From a virus: a stretch of 64,000 nt of DNA. Shown here piece after piece: positions 7,996-17,234 of the stretch; position 1 is the stretch's first letter, and the number at the start of each line of letters is the position of its first letter. The notes beneath the pieces are model-generated. The model had not been told where the DNA came from, ran no database searches, and worked only from the letters and a program-made list of their open reading frames with translations. Position numbers and translations under genes: made by a program. The stretch spans positions 40,866 to 104,865 of IMG/VR virus record IMGVR_UViG_3300037467_001303. One strand, given 5' to 3'.

Positions 7996-10686
7996 ATGAC
8001 CGTCTTTCTCATCGACCCGACGGTGACGGCCGGCTCCGACTTTCCGTACGACGCCTCCAGCAACGGCAGGACGCTGACGGTCCAGTCGACCGTCACCTCG
8101 GTCGGCGACAGTCCGAAGTTCGGGTATGGTTCGCTGGGGTTCAATCTGCCAGGGGCAACCACCGCCGCCAGCATCACGACGGTCGATTCGCCTGACTGGC
8201 TGTTCTCCGGCCAGTTCACGGTCGAGGCCTGGATCTACCTGCAGGCGACCAGCGGCGGCACGTCGCAGCAGGCGATCATGGCGCAGTCGTCTTCGACCGG
8301 CGCCTCCAACAGCGCGTGGATGTTCTCGCTCAACACGGCCCAGACCGCCCTGCAGTTCCAGTATTCGACCAGCGGCACGGCCTTGACCATGCTGTCCGGC
8401 GCCAAGACGTTCGCCCTGAACACCTGGTATCACGTCGCCGTCGACCGTGATGCCGGCGGCGTGATCCGCATCTACTGCGATGGCGCGATGCTCAACTCGG
8501 CGACGATGGCGAGCAGCCTGTTCGACTCGACCACGGCCCTGTATGTGGGCAACCAGTCCAGCAGCAGCGGGCGCTTCCCGGGCCTGATCGAGGAACCGCG
8601 CATCACCAACGGCACCGCGCGCTACGCCAGCAATGCCGGCTACACGATCCCAAGCGCCGAATTCCCGACCAACGGCACCGACGACCCGTACTGGGCCAAC
8701 GTCAAGCTGCTGGTGCGCGGCCCCGGCGGAAAGACCATCAAGGGCCGGTTCCGCTCCTTCTCGGCGTTGAGCACGCTGCGCTGCGGCGCCGGCGACGAGG
8801 CCCGCCTGGCCGCCACGCCCGGCCCGGTCCAGATGGGCACCGCCACCTGGGCGAACGGCAGCCGTTTCCTGACGATGGATACGGCGCGCACCGCCAACAT
8901 CGAGACCTGCGATGCCACCTGGACCGGCGTGTCCACGAACGTCACCCAGGCCGCCAATACCGCGGTGCGCAAGCACAACACCGCGTGCCTGTCGCTGACC
9001 ATCGCGTCCGCCTTCACCACCGGCAAGGTGGCGTACAAGACCCTGCCGTCCACGCTCGACCTCTCAAGCTACCAGCAGGTCAGCTTCTGGTTCCGCACGT
9101 CGGCCGGCCCGGCCGTCGGCACGCTCGAACTGCGCCTGTGCAGCGATACCTTGGGCGACGTGCCGGTCCACACGATTCCGTTGACCGAGTTCAGCTTCTT
9201 GGGGAGCACCTGGCGCGCGATCGTGAAGGACTTCGGCGCCGCGCTGGCGAGCAACATCGCCTCGGTCTCGGTGTATGCCAGCGCCGACCCTGGCTCCCTG
9301 ACGATTTACCTCGACAACATCATCGCCTGCAAGGCATCCAGCAGCGCCGATGCGATCACGCACCTGTCGCTGGTCGGCAAGAACACGGCCGGGGAACCCG
9401 AGTGGTATCCGCTCCAGTCGATCGACGGCACCTCGGTCGAGCTGGGCAACTGGGCCGAGGCCTCGGTCGGGACCGCCGCGAACACCCCGAGACCGTATGC
9501 CGGCACCTCCGAGACGGTGGCGCTGTACCGGCTGCAGCCGCTCGACGCGGTCAACGGCTATACGTCGCCCGCGTCCTTGTCCCCTTCGCGCGTGATCGGG
9601 GCATCCGGCACGGATGGAACGCCGATCACGATCTCCGGCGGCTGGGACGCGACCTACACGAACCAGACCGGCGTGACGTGGCTGAGCGGTGCGCATGCCA
9701 TGTCCGGCTTTCTCGACGCGAGCGGCAAAAGCTATGTCAGCGTGTCGAAGATCGGCGCCGCGCACTTCATGGGCGCCGGGCCGGTCCTGACCAATCTCAC
9801 CTCGACCGGCGTGCGCCTGCAGTACGAGGCCGTGGTCGGGTGCAGCAATACGTTCAACCAGTCGTTCCTCGCTTCGCTCTACATCAGCGCCGGGAATGTC
9901 GTGCACTGCCAGAACGGCTTCAATATCGGCGCCGGCAGCGGCGACTTCACGATCATCGCCCGCCGCGTGACCGGCTCGCTCGGCTACGGCTACAGCGGCG
10001 CCCCGAACGATGGCGGCATCGGGCGCGTCTACATCGACCAGATCGACAACTGCGGCACCTACGGCGTCTGGCCGAGTGCCACGACCGGCAAGGTGACGCT
10101 GTACAGCCCGACCCTGTCGAACAACGTCACCGCGGACGTGTTCTTCCCTCAAGGGAATACGGTACTCATCAACGCGCTGTCGCAGTCGGCCACCAAGGTC
10201 CTGTACAGCGCGCCAGGCATGGGCGACACTGTCCGGTTCCAGAACTTCGGGCGCGATGCGACCGACCAGCGCACCTACTTCCAGTGGGGTACGGTGTTCT
10301 CGGATACGACCACGCGCCACACGGCCAGCGGCCTGGCCTGGAAGCTCTCGATCACGAACGTCACCTACATCAATTCGTCGCGTCCGGCGAGGCTGCCCCT
10401 GGTGCGCCGCCGCGTGCTCGCCGGCGTGGCCACCACGATTGCGTGCTGGATGCTCCGCGACAATGCCGCCCTGAACTGCGGCATCCGGGTCGCGGGCGGG
10501 TCGCTGGCCGGGATCGGCAGCGCCGGCGTGCCCGTCAGCGCGGCGATGACGGCGGCCGCCAACACCTGGGAACAGGTGTCGATCACGTTCACGCCGAGCG
10601 AGGACGGGGTCGTGGAAGTGTTCGGCTGGGCCTGGACCACCGCGACCACCTATTCGTGCTGGTTCGATGACCTGACCGTCGTGTAA
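7996..10686 (+). CDS. Tail fibre / receptor-binding protein with LamG (ConA-like) domain
   Basis: FTVEAWIY, NTWYHVAV, IYCDG, GLIEEPRITNGTARY; later beta-rich carbohydrate-binding-like segments. Confidence 0.8.
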   Translation: MTVFLIDPTVTAGSDFPYDASSNGRTLTVQSTVTSVGDSPKFGYGSLGFNLPGATTAASITTVDSPDWLFSGQFTVEAWIYLQATSGGTSQQAIMAQSSSTGASNSAWMFSLNTAQTALQFQYSTSGTALTMLSGAKTFALNTWYHVAVDRDAGGVIRIYCDGAMLNSATMASSLFDSTTALYVGNQSSSSGRFPGLIEEPRITNGTARYASNAGYTIPSAEFPTNGTDDPYWANVKLLVRGPGGKTIKGRFRSFSALSTLRCGAGDEARLAATPGPVQMGTATWANGSRFLTMDTARTANIETCDATWTGVSTNVTQAANTAVRKHNTACLSLTIASAFTTGKVAYKTLPSTLDLSSYQQVSFWFRTSAGPAVGTLELRLCSDTLGDVPVHTIPLTEFSFLGSTWRAIVKDFGAALASNIASVSVYASADPGSLTIYLDNIIACKASSSADAITHLSLVGKNTAGEPEWYPLQSIDGTSVELGNWAEASVGTAANTPRPYAGTSETVALYRLQPLDAVNGYTSPASLSPSRVIGASGTDGTPITISGGWDATYTNQTGVTWLSGAHAMSGFLDASGKSYVSVSKIGAAHFMGAGPVLTNLTSTGVRLQYEAVVGCSNTFNQSFLASLYISAGNVVHCQNGFNIGAGSGDFTIIARRVTGSLGYGYSGAPNDGGIGRVYIDQIDNCGTYGVWPSATTGKVTLYSPTLSNNVTADVFFPQGNTVLINALSQSATKVLYSAPGMGDTVRFQNFGRDATDQRTYFQWGTVFSDTTTRHTASGLAWKLSITNVTYINSSRPARLPLVRRRVLAGVATTIACWMLRDNAALNCGIRVAGGSLAGIGSAGVPVSAAMTAAANTWEQVSITFTPSEDGVVEVFGWAWTTATTYSCWFDDLTVV

Positions 10687-10696
10687 GGGGGCGACC

Positions 10697-12760
10697 ATGG
10701 CCCTCGACCTGCTGTCGCTCGACACTGCGTTCGAGGGACAACCCTTCGCCGACACCGGCCGGGAATCCAGCACCTCGCTTGACCTGGCCTTCGAGGGCCA
10801 GCCGTTCACCTGCTACGGCGGCGCGGTCGTCGACGCGACCGTCACCACCAGCCAGGCCCAGCACGCGATCGCGGCGCCGCCAGTCGTCGGTACGGTCGCC
10901 ACCAGCCAGGGCCAGAGCAGCGCCGCCATTGTTGGTCTCGGCTGGAACGTCACGGCGACGACCAGTCAGGGGCAGAGCGCGCAGGCCCAGGCCAAGGCGC
11001 ATACGCCCTGGCAGCTCGTCACCGCCGCCCATGGCGACAGCCGCAACGCCGATCCAACGATCCCCGCGTTCACGCTCGCCAGTGGAAACCATGTGGTCGT
11101 CAGCGTGTTCTGCGGCGCCTACACGAACCGTGCCGACGGCACGGTGGACATGAGCACCAGCCGCGCCTGGACCCTTGCGGTCTCGGACTCGGCGGGCAAC
11201 ACCTACGTCGGGCTGACGCCGGTCCGCGACCAGGTTGTCGCATCGCCCCAGTTTTCGGTCTCGTGGCTGTACCAGTTCTATTGCGTCAACGCCGTCGGCA
11301 GCGCCGCCAACACCGTCACGGTGACGCCGGTCTCCGGGCCTTCGGATGCCTACAGCTCGGCCAGCCCGACCCTGATCAGCAGCGTGTCGGTGCTGTCCAG
11401 TTCCGGGGTTTCCGCCGAGTTCGATGCCATCGCGTCGGCGGGTTCGTCCAGCAACAACGCCGTCAGCCTGTCGCTGCCGGCAACGGTGGTGCAGCCCGGC
11501 GCGACCGTGCTGTTCGACTTCGCGGGCAACGGCAACAATACCGAATCCGCCGGCAGCGGCTGGACGGTTGCGGATAACTACATCGACGCCTGGTTCACCT
11601 ACTGGCGGCCGAACAACCAGCCCGCCACCCAGACCGCCACCGCCACCGGCAACGGCGGTATCCGGCTGCTGTCGGGCCTGTCGCTGCGCAACGCGCAGGG
11701 CATTGTCGGCACGACCCGGCAGGGACAGACCAGCAACGCGTCGGTCGAAGCCATCACCACCGTTATTACCAGCTCGGCGACGACCGCGCAGGGCCAGCAC
11801 GGTGCCGCGACGGGTGCGACTGCCGCCGACACCACGGTCGGCACGGCGCAGGGCCAGCACACTGCGGCCAGCAGCGGCGCCACGCTGCAGGCAACGGGCA
11901 CGACGGCGCAGGCGCAGGCGGCCAGCGCCCTGGCGGGCCTGTTCCAGCCGGCCAGCAGCGGCACCGCGCAGGCCCAGGCGGCGAGCGCGCAGGCGAACGT
12001 TGCCGTGGACGGCGCGACCGCTACCGCGCAGGTCCAGCAGGGCGATGCGCAGGGTGAACTGTCCCTTGATGTGGCCGTTACGGCCAGCCAGGCGCAGCAG
12101 CAGGGTGCCGTGCTCGACACGGGCGCGGCGCTGTCCGTACAAACCTCGACCGTCCAGCAGGCCACCGGCCAGCTCGCCAGCGCGTATGTCGCCGATGTCC
12201 TGACGGCGCAGCAGCAGGACACCGAAGCACTGGCCGGGGTCGCCATCGACGCGCAGGTGGACAGCGCACAGGCGCAGGGCGCAAGCGCCGATGCCGCGAC
12301 CGGCGCCGATGCCGCCGTCGCCACGCGCCAGTACCAGCGCGTGCGTGCCCAGGCGCGCGCCGAGAGCGAGAACACGACTGAAACCGGCCAGACCCAGCGC
12401 GCCGCCGGCCAGCTGGGCCTGTCCTCGGACGCGCCAGCGGCCACCATGCAGGGCCAGCACGCCGATCTGCTGGCGGGCGTGGCGTCCGATGTGCAGGCAA
12501 CGACCGGCCAGGCCGAACATATCGGCGACGGAAACATTCTGGTGGTCGGTGTCGTGCTGGGCATCACCACGACGCAGGCGGCGCAACACACGAAGGGCGC
12601 ACTGGCGCAGTACGCGGCCCAGCCCGGCACGCTGTCGCTGGCCACGAAGCGGCTGCACCTGTCACTGGCGGGATCGGCCCAGGCCCAACCCGCGCTACAG
12701 GCGCCCAACCGCGTGCGCACCGCCCTCGGCGGGCGCGTTGATCTGAGGCCCGAACGATGA
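10697..12760 (+). CDS. Ala/Thr/Gln repeat-rich fibre or appendage protein
   Basis: Many T(T/A)(S/A)Q(G/A)Q repeats about 20 aa apart; duplicated SLDxAFEGQPF at the N-terminus. Confidence 0.75.
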   Translation: MALDLLSLDTAFEGQPFADTGRESSTSLDLAFEGQPFTCYGGAVVDATVTTSQAQHAIAAPPVVGTVATSQGQSSAAIVGLGWNVTATTSQGQSAQAQAKAHTPWQLVTAAHGDSRNADPTIPAFTLASGNHVVVSVFCGAYTNRADGTVDMSTSRAWTLAVSDSAGNTYVGLTPVRDQVVASPQFSVSWLYQFYCVNAVGSAANTVTVTPVSGPSDAYSSASPTLISSVSVLSSSGVSAEFDAIASAGSSSNNAVSLSLPATVVQPGATVLFDFAGNGNNTESAGSGWTVADNYIDAWFTYWRPNNQPATQTATATGNGGIRLLSGLSLRNAQGIVGTTRQGQTSNASVEAITTVITSSATTAQGQHGAATGATAADTTVGTAQGQHTAASSGATLQATGTTAQAQAASALAGLFQPASSGTAQAQAASAQANVAVDGATATAQVQQGDAQGELSLDVAVTASQAQQQGAVLDTGAALSVQTSTVQQATGQLASAYVADVLTAQQQDTEALAGVAIDAQVDSAQAQGASADAATGADAAVATRQYQRVRAQARAESENTTETGQTQRAAGQLGLSSDAPAATMQGQHADLLAGVASDVQATTGQAEHIGDGNILVVGVVLGITTTQAAQHTKGALAQYAAQPGTLSLATKRLHLSLAGSAQAQPALQAPNRVRTALGGRVDLRPER

Positions 12761-13080
12761 GCACCATCCATATTCTCTATATTGGCAACAACAGCATCGT
12801 GGACGTGACGGGCCTGAAGAACGAGAACAGCGGCGCGGTCGTGACCGATGCGCGCGTCTCGGTGGCCCTGTTCGACGCCGCCGGCCTGCCGGTCGCCGGG
12901 GCGCAGTGGCCCCTGGAAATGGCGTACCTGGCCGACTCGAACGGTGTCTACCGCGCTACGCTGCCGTACACGCTCGACCTGGCCGAAGGAGGGCGCTACA
13001 TTGCGCGCGTCGTGGCCGATGCCGGCGACGGCCTGCACGCGCAGTGGGACATGCCCTGCGTGGGCCGGCTGCGGACGTAA
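12757..13080 (+). CDS. Hypothetical beta-rich protein (fibre adaptor-like)
   Basis: ATGA coupling; last gene of the module. Confidence 0.7.
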   Translation: MSTIHILYIGNNSIVDVTGLKNENSGAVVTDARVSVALFDAAGLPVAGAQWPLEMAYLADSNGVYRATLPYTLDLAEGGRYIARVVADAGDGLHAQWDMPCVGRLRT

Positions 13081-13102
13081 AAAAGCCGCCCGCAGGCGGC
13101 TC
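13079..13102 (-). terminator. Intrinsic terminator closing the first leftward operon
   Basis: Minus strand AGCCGCC-TGCG-GGCGGC followed by a T run. Confidence 0.75.
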
Positions 13103-13120
13103 GAACGGAACTGTGCCGGC

Positions 13121-13390
13121 TCAACTGCACCAGCCGCCGATCCGGTCCCACAGCAGATTCAGGTAATAGCCGATCTCATTGGTGTTGCCGACCATCGCCT
13201 CGGCGGCATCGTGCAATGAGATCATGCCGTCGAACCCGCCGAAGAAGGCGGCGGTCTGGCCGATCAGGCGGATGTCGTGACAGATCGCCTGTCCGCGCGC
13301 ACCGTTGCGCTGCTGCTTGTCCATCTGGTCCCACTCCCGCACCAGTTCGACGAGCACGTCTGCGATGGGGCGTTCGTTGCTGATGTCCAT
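13121..13390 (-). CDS. Hypothetical protein
   Basis: AAGGAG RBS. Confidence 0.75.
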   Translation of the reverse strand: MDISNERPIADVLVELVREWDQMDKQQRNGARGQAICHDIRLIGQTAAFFGGFDGMISLHDAAEAMVGNTNEIGYYLNLLWDRIGGWCS

Positions 13391-13402
13391 CTTGTCTCCT
13401 TG

Positions 13403-13618
13403 TTAGCGTGGGGAATAGCCCTGTTCGGCCAGCGCCGCCTGGACGGCCTCGATCCCGCGGATCATGCGGTAGGCCAGGGCGGTACGTTCGGCTTCGGGCA
13501 GGTGCGGTTCCGTCTTGTTGTAGAACGTCTGGAACGTTGACCGCTTGCAGAACTGCGCCAGTTCCCACGCACAGTCGTCGTCCATGGTGGCGGTGATGGT
13601 GACGGGATCGTGGCTCAT
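13403..13618 (-). CDS. Hypothetical protein
   Basis: ATGA overlap; MSHDPVTITATMDDDCAWELAQFCKR...GYSPR. Confidence 0.7.
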   Translation of the reverse strand: MSHDPVTITATMDDDCAWELAQFCKRSTFQTFYNKTEPHLPEAERTALAYRMIRGIEAVQAALAEQGYSPR

Positions 13619-14022
13619 GATGGCTCCGACTCGTTTACGATCGCCACGCGCAGCGCCATCATGGACTGAGCATACTCCCAGCGCCATTCGTAGTACGCCG
13701 CCGTCTTGCACATATGGTCGTAGTCCTTGCGCGCCTGATGGTAGGCGTTGACGGCGTCCTGGAACCACGCGTACTCGCCTTCGAGGTCGAAGCAGTCATC
13801 ATTGATCCAGCTTTCGAGCATCTTGCGGTCCTCCTCGGGGATGCCCTCGGGGACCTTCGGGAAGGCCGGTCCATCGTATTTCGGCGTGCTCGGCTTGAAC
13901 CAGTAGGGAATTTCGTGCGGCGCGTGCGCGGCGAAATAGTCCAGCAGGGTAATCACCTGGCCATCGTCGTGGCCGGCTAGTGCGGTGTTGAAGCTGGCGT
14001 GGCGTCGGGTTCTGTTTTGCAT
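13615..14022 (-). CDS. Hypothetical phage protein
   Basis: AAGGAG RBS; TLLDYFAAHAP...WRWEYAQSM. Confidence 0.75.
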   Translation of the reverse strand: MQNRTRRHASFNTALAGHDDGQVITLLDYFAAHAPHEIPYWFKPSTPKYDGPAFPKVPEGIPEEDRKMLESWINDDCFDLEGEYAWFQDAVNAYHQARKDYDHMCKTAAYYEWRWEYAQSMMALRVAIVNESEPS

Positions 14023-14032
14023 GGTCGCTCCT

Positions 14033-14485
14033 TTAGTGAAGGTGGTTGCGAAGGACGGGCTGCTGCTTGACAAGGGACGGCTCGAACCCGGAATCCCATG
14101 GCCATCGCCGATTCTTGTCAGGCCACACTAGTTGTAGCGCGGTGTAGTCGGGGAAACGGTGCAGGACGGCATACATGTACTGGTCGGCTTCGCTGCGCGG
14201 CGCCGGTACAAGGCGCGCGGGGAAGCCCTCGGCCACGTCGTCCAGGTCGGTATCGAGCGCCGGTACGCCGCTGTTCGTGAAGCGCCTGCCCATGTCGTTC
14301 AGGAACCTGTGCGCGATCTCCATCGGCAGGCCGAACATGATGATCTCTGGATAGCCCTTCGCGCTCAGGCCGACCGTGTACGAGAATGGCGGGCTGTTAT
14401 CACTGCCGAACACACCCTGTACGGCCCATCCGTACTTGGCGATCATGGCGTCGAATTCGGCTTCGACGGCTTTGCGGTCTTTCAT
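14033..14485 (-). CDS. DUF4262 family protein
   Basis: IAKYGWAVQGV...FSYTVGL...PEIIMFGL...LQLVWPD...WPWD...QPVL. Confidence 0.85.
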   Translation of the reverse strand: MKDRKAVEAEFDAMIAKYGWAVQGVFGSDNSPPFSYTVGLSAKGYPEIIMFGLPMEIAHRFLNDMGRRFTNSGVPALDTDLDDVAEGFPARLVPAPRSEADQYMYAVLHRFPDYTALQLVWPDKNRRWPWDSGFEPSLVKQQPVLRNHLH

Positions 14486-14506
14486 GCTTGCTCCTTTTGG
14501 TGGTTG

Positions 14507-14530
14507 AAAAAAGGCAGGCCGAAGCCTGCC
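14507..14530 (-). terminator. Intrinsic terminator inside the leftward operon
   Basis: GGCAGGC-TTCG-GCCTGCC-TTTTTT. Confidence 0.85.
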
Positions 14531-14534
14531 GGGG

Positions 14535-14711
14535 TTACTGTTTCGGTTTCGTTCCCTGTTCGGCCTTGTACGCCTTGTACAGGGGCGAACGGTAGATGGT
14601 GGACAGGGCGATCCCGACCTGCCTGGCGGCAGCGTAGGCCGACAGCGTGCCGCCACTCGCGCGCAGCAGGGCGACGGCCTTGGCGACTTCGGCGGACGGA
14701 CGGCCGCTCAT
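14535..14711 (-). CDS. Small Hin-type helix-turn-helix protein (58 aa)
   Basis: Below the ORF-track cut-off. MSGRPSAEVAKAVALLRASGGTLSAYAAARQVGIALSTIYRSPLYK...; AAGGAG RBS. Confidence 0.8.
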   Translation of the reverse strand: MSGRPSAEVAKAVALLRASGGTLSAYAAARQVGIALSTIYRSPLYKAYKAEQGTKPKQ

Positions 14712-14743
14712 TGCTTGGCTCCTTGCATGGTTCTCTCCTTCGG

Positions 14744-14932
14744 TTACAGGCCCGCTTCGCGCGGGTCGATCAGGTCATACTTGCGCGCCCAGGCGTCAAC
14801 CGTGGCTTCCACAGGCCGGTCGCCGGCATCGCACTCGTACAGTTCGGCCAGCATCAACTCGTCGTCCCAGCACCAGCGGTCGCTGGCGTAGGCCAGGATG
14901 CGCTGGAACAGGTGGTCGGTCGTGTCGTTCAC
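14744..14932 (-). CDS. Hypothetical protein
   Basis: GTG start with AAGGGG RBS; alternative start at 14947. Confidence 0.65.
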   Translation of the reverse strand: MNDTTDHLFQRILAYASDRWCWDDELMLAELYECDAGDRPVEATVDAWARKYDLIDPREAGL

Positions 14933-14943
14933 GTCAGCCCCTT

Positions 14944-15261
14944 TCATTTGTGCAGCAGCCCGTTGCGGTCGCCCGGATCAATCGGCGAAGCGGGATGGTA
15001 GTCGAACAGCTTGGCCCAGGGGATGCTGGCCAGTGCTCCGCGCAGGACCGGCAGGGTCTCGATGCAGCACGCTGCGAGCACCAGCACCGCGCTGGCCAGC
15101 ACCAGCGGCCACGTCCTGCGCCCGGCCTGGACAGCGGTGACGGGCCGGTCGCGCATCCACTGGCGCTCGGCTGCGGTCGCCACCCACGGATCACGCGCCG
15201 GGGTGACGAACCGCCCGTCAGGCTTCGTCACATGGTGACGAACTTCGTCAGGGCGGGTCAT
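14944..15261 (-). CDS. Hypothetical membrane protein
   Basis: GGAG RBS; hydrophobic WPLVLASAVLVLAACCI. Confidence 0.6.
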   Translation of the reverse strand: MTRPDEVRHHVTKPDGRFVTPARDPWVATAAERQWMRDRPVTAVQAGRRTWPLVLASAVLVLAACCIETLPVLRGALASIPWAKLFDYHPASPIDPGDRNGLLHK

Positions 15262-15263
15262 GG

Positions 15264-15680
15264 TCAGGCTCCGTCGTTGGCGGCAGCGGGCGCCATGATG
15301 GCGTCGGCGGTCTTGTCCAGCGCAGCACGCATGCGGCGCGCGAGGTCCTTGTCGTCGCGCACGCGGAAGAACGATTCGACGAGGTCGATCAGAATCTCCA
15401 TCGCGTGCGCGTCATTGGGCAGCCCGTTGTACTCGATGATGCTGTCGCCCAGCCAGTCGCCGAATTCCAGACTGACTTCGTACTCGAACACGCCGGGATA
15501 GTCTTCGCGCACGGCCTCGGCAGCCTCGCGCAGCGCATCAATGCGCGGCACCCATTCCATGGCGGCATCGACCAGCTCGATCATGCCTTGGTCGTACGCC
15601 TTGTAGACCTTGTCCAGGTCGGCCCTGTACAGGCCCTGCATCACGAATGCCGCCGTGATTGCGGTCTGACGCTGATCCAT
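15264..15680 (-). CDS. Hypothetical protein
   Basis: AAGGAG RBS before MDQRQTAIT. Confidence 0.75.
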   Translation of the reverse strand: MDQRQTAITAAFVMQGLYRADLDKVYKAYDQGMIELVDAAMEWVPRIDALREAAEAVREDYPGVFEYEVSLEFGDWLGDSIIEYNGLPNDAHAMEILIDLVESFFRVRDDKDLARRMRAALDKTADAIMAPAAANDGA

Positions 15681-15694
15681 TGCTATCTCCTTGG

Positions 15695-15748
15695 GTTGCC
15701 GGGACAATTCCCGCACCAGCGCCCGCACATGGCAGGCGCTGATACTGG
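15695..15748 (-). repeat. Two-hairpin intergenic element, copy A
   Basis: CCAGT-ATCAGCGCCTGC-CATGT-GCGGGCGCTGGT-G-CGGGA-ATTG-TCCCG-GCAAC, then AGGAG RBS. Confidence 0.85.
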
Positions 15749-15753
15749 CGCTG

Positions 15754-16002
15754 TCACTTGGGACGGGTTTCGTCCTTGTACATGCCGCGCGCCTTGGCCA
15801 GGGCCGCATCGAAGTCGATGCCGAGCCGGTCGCACCAGTGCATGAGATCGGCCAGCAGGTCGCCGAGCACGGTGGCGTTATCCTCTCCGGCCCGCACCAT
15901 GCCGGTCGCATGCGCGAAGGTCATCACGCCCTGCGCGGCCCATCCGGCGCGCTGCTCGTTCATCCCGTCCGGGTCGGGCGGCAGGTTGGAGATCGTGTTC
16001 AT
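15754..16002 (-). CDS. Hypothetical helical protein
   Basis: GGAGG RBS and ATGA overlap; DLLADLMHWCD..IDF motif. Confidence 0.75.
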   Translation of the reverse strand: MNTISNLPPDPDGMNEQRAGWAAQGVMTFAHATGMVRAGEDNATVLGDLLADLMHWCDRLGIDFDAALAKARGMYKDETRPK

Positions 16003-16430
16003 TGCCCGTCCTCCGGTTCGTACTCGATGTCGAAGCCGGCTTGACGGTTCGACACCCACATCCACGCCATCACATAGGCGCCGTCATCGTCGCCCTTCGA
16101 GACGACTGCGGGATTGTCCACCTCGATCTCACCGTCCTTGGCCATGCGCTGCGCTGCGGCCACGTAAGGGCTGTGCTGGGCCAGCTCGGCGAACATCGGC
16201 ACGATGGCCGAGAAGTCCAGGCCGTGGTGGTTCAGGCTATCGCACAGCTCGCTGATGTCGTCGCCCTCCAGCGGTTGCAGCGTGCCGCAGTTGCTGGCAA
16301 TGTCGTTGATGCCTGCTGGCAGATCGCCGAACGCGTCCAGATTCGACTGGTAGAAGCGCAGCGCGGCCAGCACGGTCGCGTGGGCTTCCTGGGTCAGCGC
16401 GTACAGCGCGGGTTTCTTGGTGTCGGACAT
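15999..16430 (-). CDS. Hypothetical protein
   Basis: AAGGAG RBS; ATVLAALRFYQ and GAYVMAWMWV segments. Confidence 0.75.
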   Translation of the reverse strand: MSDTKKPALYALTQEAHATVLAALRFYQSNLDAFGDLPAGINDIASNCGTLQPLEGDDISELCDSLNHHGLDFSAIVPMFAELAQHSPYVAAAQRMAKDGEIEVDNPAVVSKGDDDGAYVMAWMWVSNRQAGFDIEYEPEDGQ

Positions 16431-16432
16431 GG

Positions 16433-16885
16433 TCAGGCTCCTTTCGTGGTGTCAAGTGAAGGGCAGTCGGCAGGCGCGGCAACGCTCCAGCCCCGCGCAC
16501 GCATGATGCGGCCGACGATGTACAGGGTGTAGTGCGGCACGTCGCGGTCGGCGATCCCGATCACGGCGCCACACTCCGGGCAGCAGCCGGCCGGGGCAAG
16601 TTCCCCAGGTAGCACGCGGTCGTGAATGTGGTGGATGTGGTGAATCCCGTTGATCTCGCTCATGGTGCCGGTCCAGTCGCACTCCTCGCACGCGTAGGTG
16701 GTCGGCGTGCCCGGCTTCTGCTTCGGCGCGGCCGGCGGCAGCGGTTCGACCAGGTGCCGGAACAGACCGTACAGCACGTTGTAGTCGTCGCCGGTCGGCG
16801 CACGTTCCTCGGCGCTCAGCCTCGCGTCGTAGTCTTGCATGGCCTTCACCAGCCGCTCCAGCGGGTCCTGCGGTGTCGTTGTCAT
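16433..16885 (-). CDS. Hypothetical Zn-ribbon protein
   Basis: AGGAGG RBS; CEEC...CPEC. Confidence 0.75.
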   Translation of the reverse strand: MTTTPQDPLERLVKAMQDYDARLSAEERAPTGDDYNVLYGLFRHLVEPLPPAAPKQKPGTPTTYACEECDWTGTMSEINGIHHIHHIHDRVLPGELAPAGCCPECGAVIGIADRDVPHYTLYIVGRIMRARGWSVAAPADCPSLDTTKGA

Positions 16886-16901
16886 GGCATCCTCCTGTGA
16901 T

Positions 16902-16948
16902 CGGGACTATTCCCGCGTCAGCGCCCCCTCTGGAGACGCTGACACTGG
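16902..16948 (-). repeat. Two-hairpin intergenic element, copy B
   Basis: CCAGT-GTCAGCGTCTCC-AGA-GGGGGCGCTGAC-G-CGGGA-ATAG-TCCCG, then AGGAGG RBS. Confidence 0.85.
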
Positions 16949-16949
16949 C

Positions 16950-17225
16950 CTAGTCTTCGTAGCGTGTCAGTCCGGGGACCGTGTCGCCGTCGCTGTCAAA
17001 GCGCAGCAGCGCGATGCCCAGGCGTTGTGCGTAGCGCATGACGCCCGCCAGATCGTCGGGCAGGCTGGAAAGACTCTGTTCCATCACGTCCGGCACCGTC
17101 ACGAAAAAGCCGTTCGGATAGGCGCCGATGCTCATGGCGGGCCAATTGTTGTCGCCGCGTTGCATCTTGTCCATGGTGCGCTGTGTCAGGTAGCCTGTAG
17201 ACAGGTCCAGGTAGGTATAGAGCAT
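16950..17225 (-). CDS. DUF5983-like protein
   Basis: LDLSTGYL...YPNGFFV...LPDDL..V.RYA...LRFDSDG pattern; AGGAG RBS. Confidence 0.65.
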   Translation of the reverse strand: MLYTYLDLSTGYLTQRTMDKMQRGDNNWPAMSIGAYPNGFFVTVPDVMEQSLSSLPDDLAGVMRYAQRLGIALLRFDSDGDTVPGLTRYED

Positions 17226-17234
17226 GGCGTTCTC

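Noticed and set aside
16622-16645. 9-bp tandem repeat encoding HHIHHIH, and a similar one near 23665-23690
   Set aside because: Short in-frame slippage duplications with no evidence of function.
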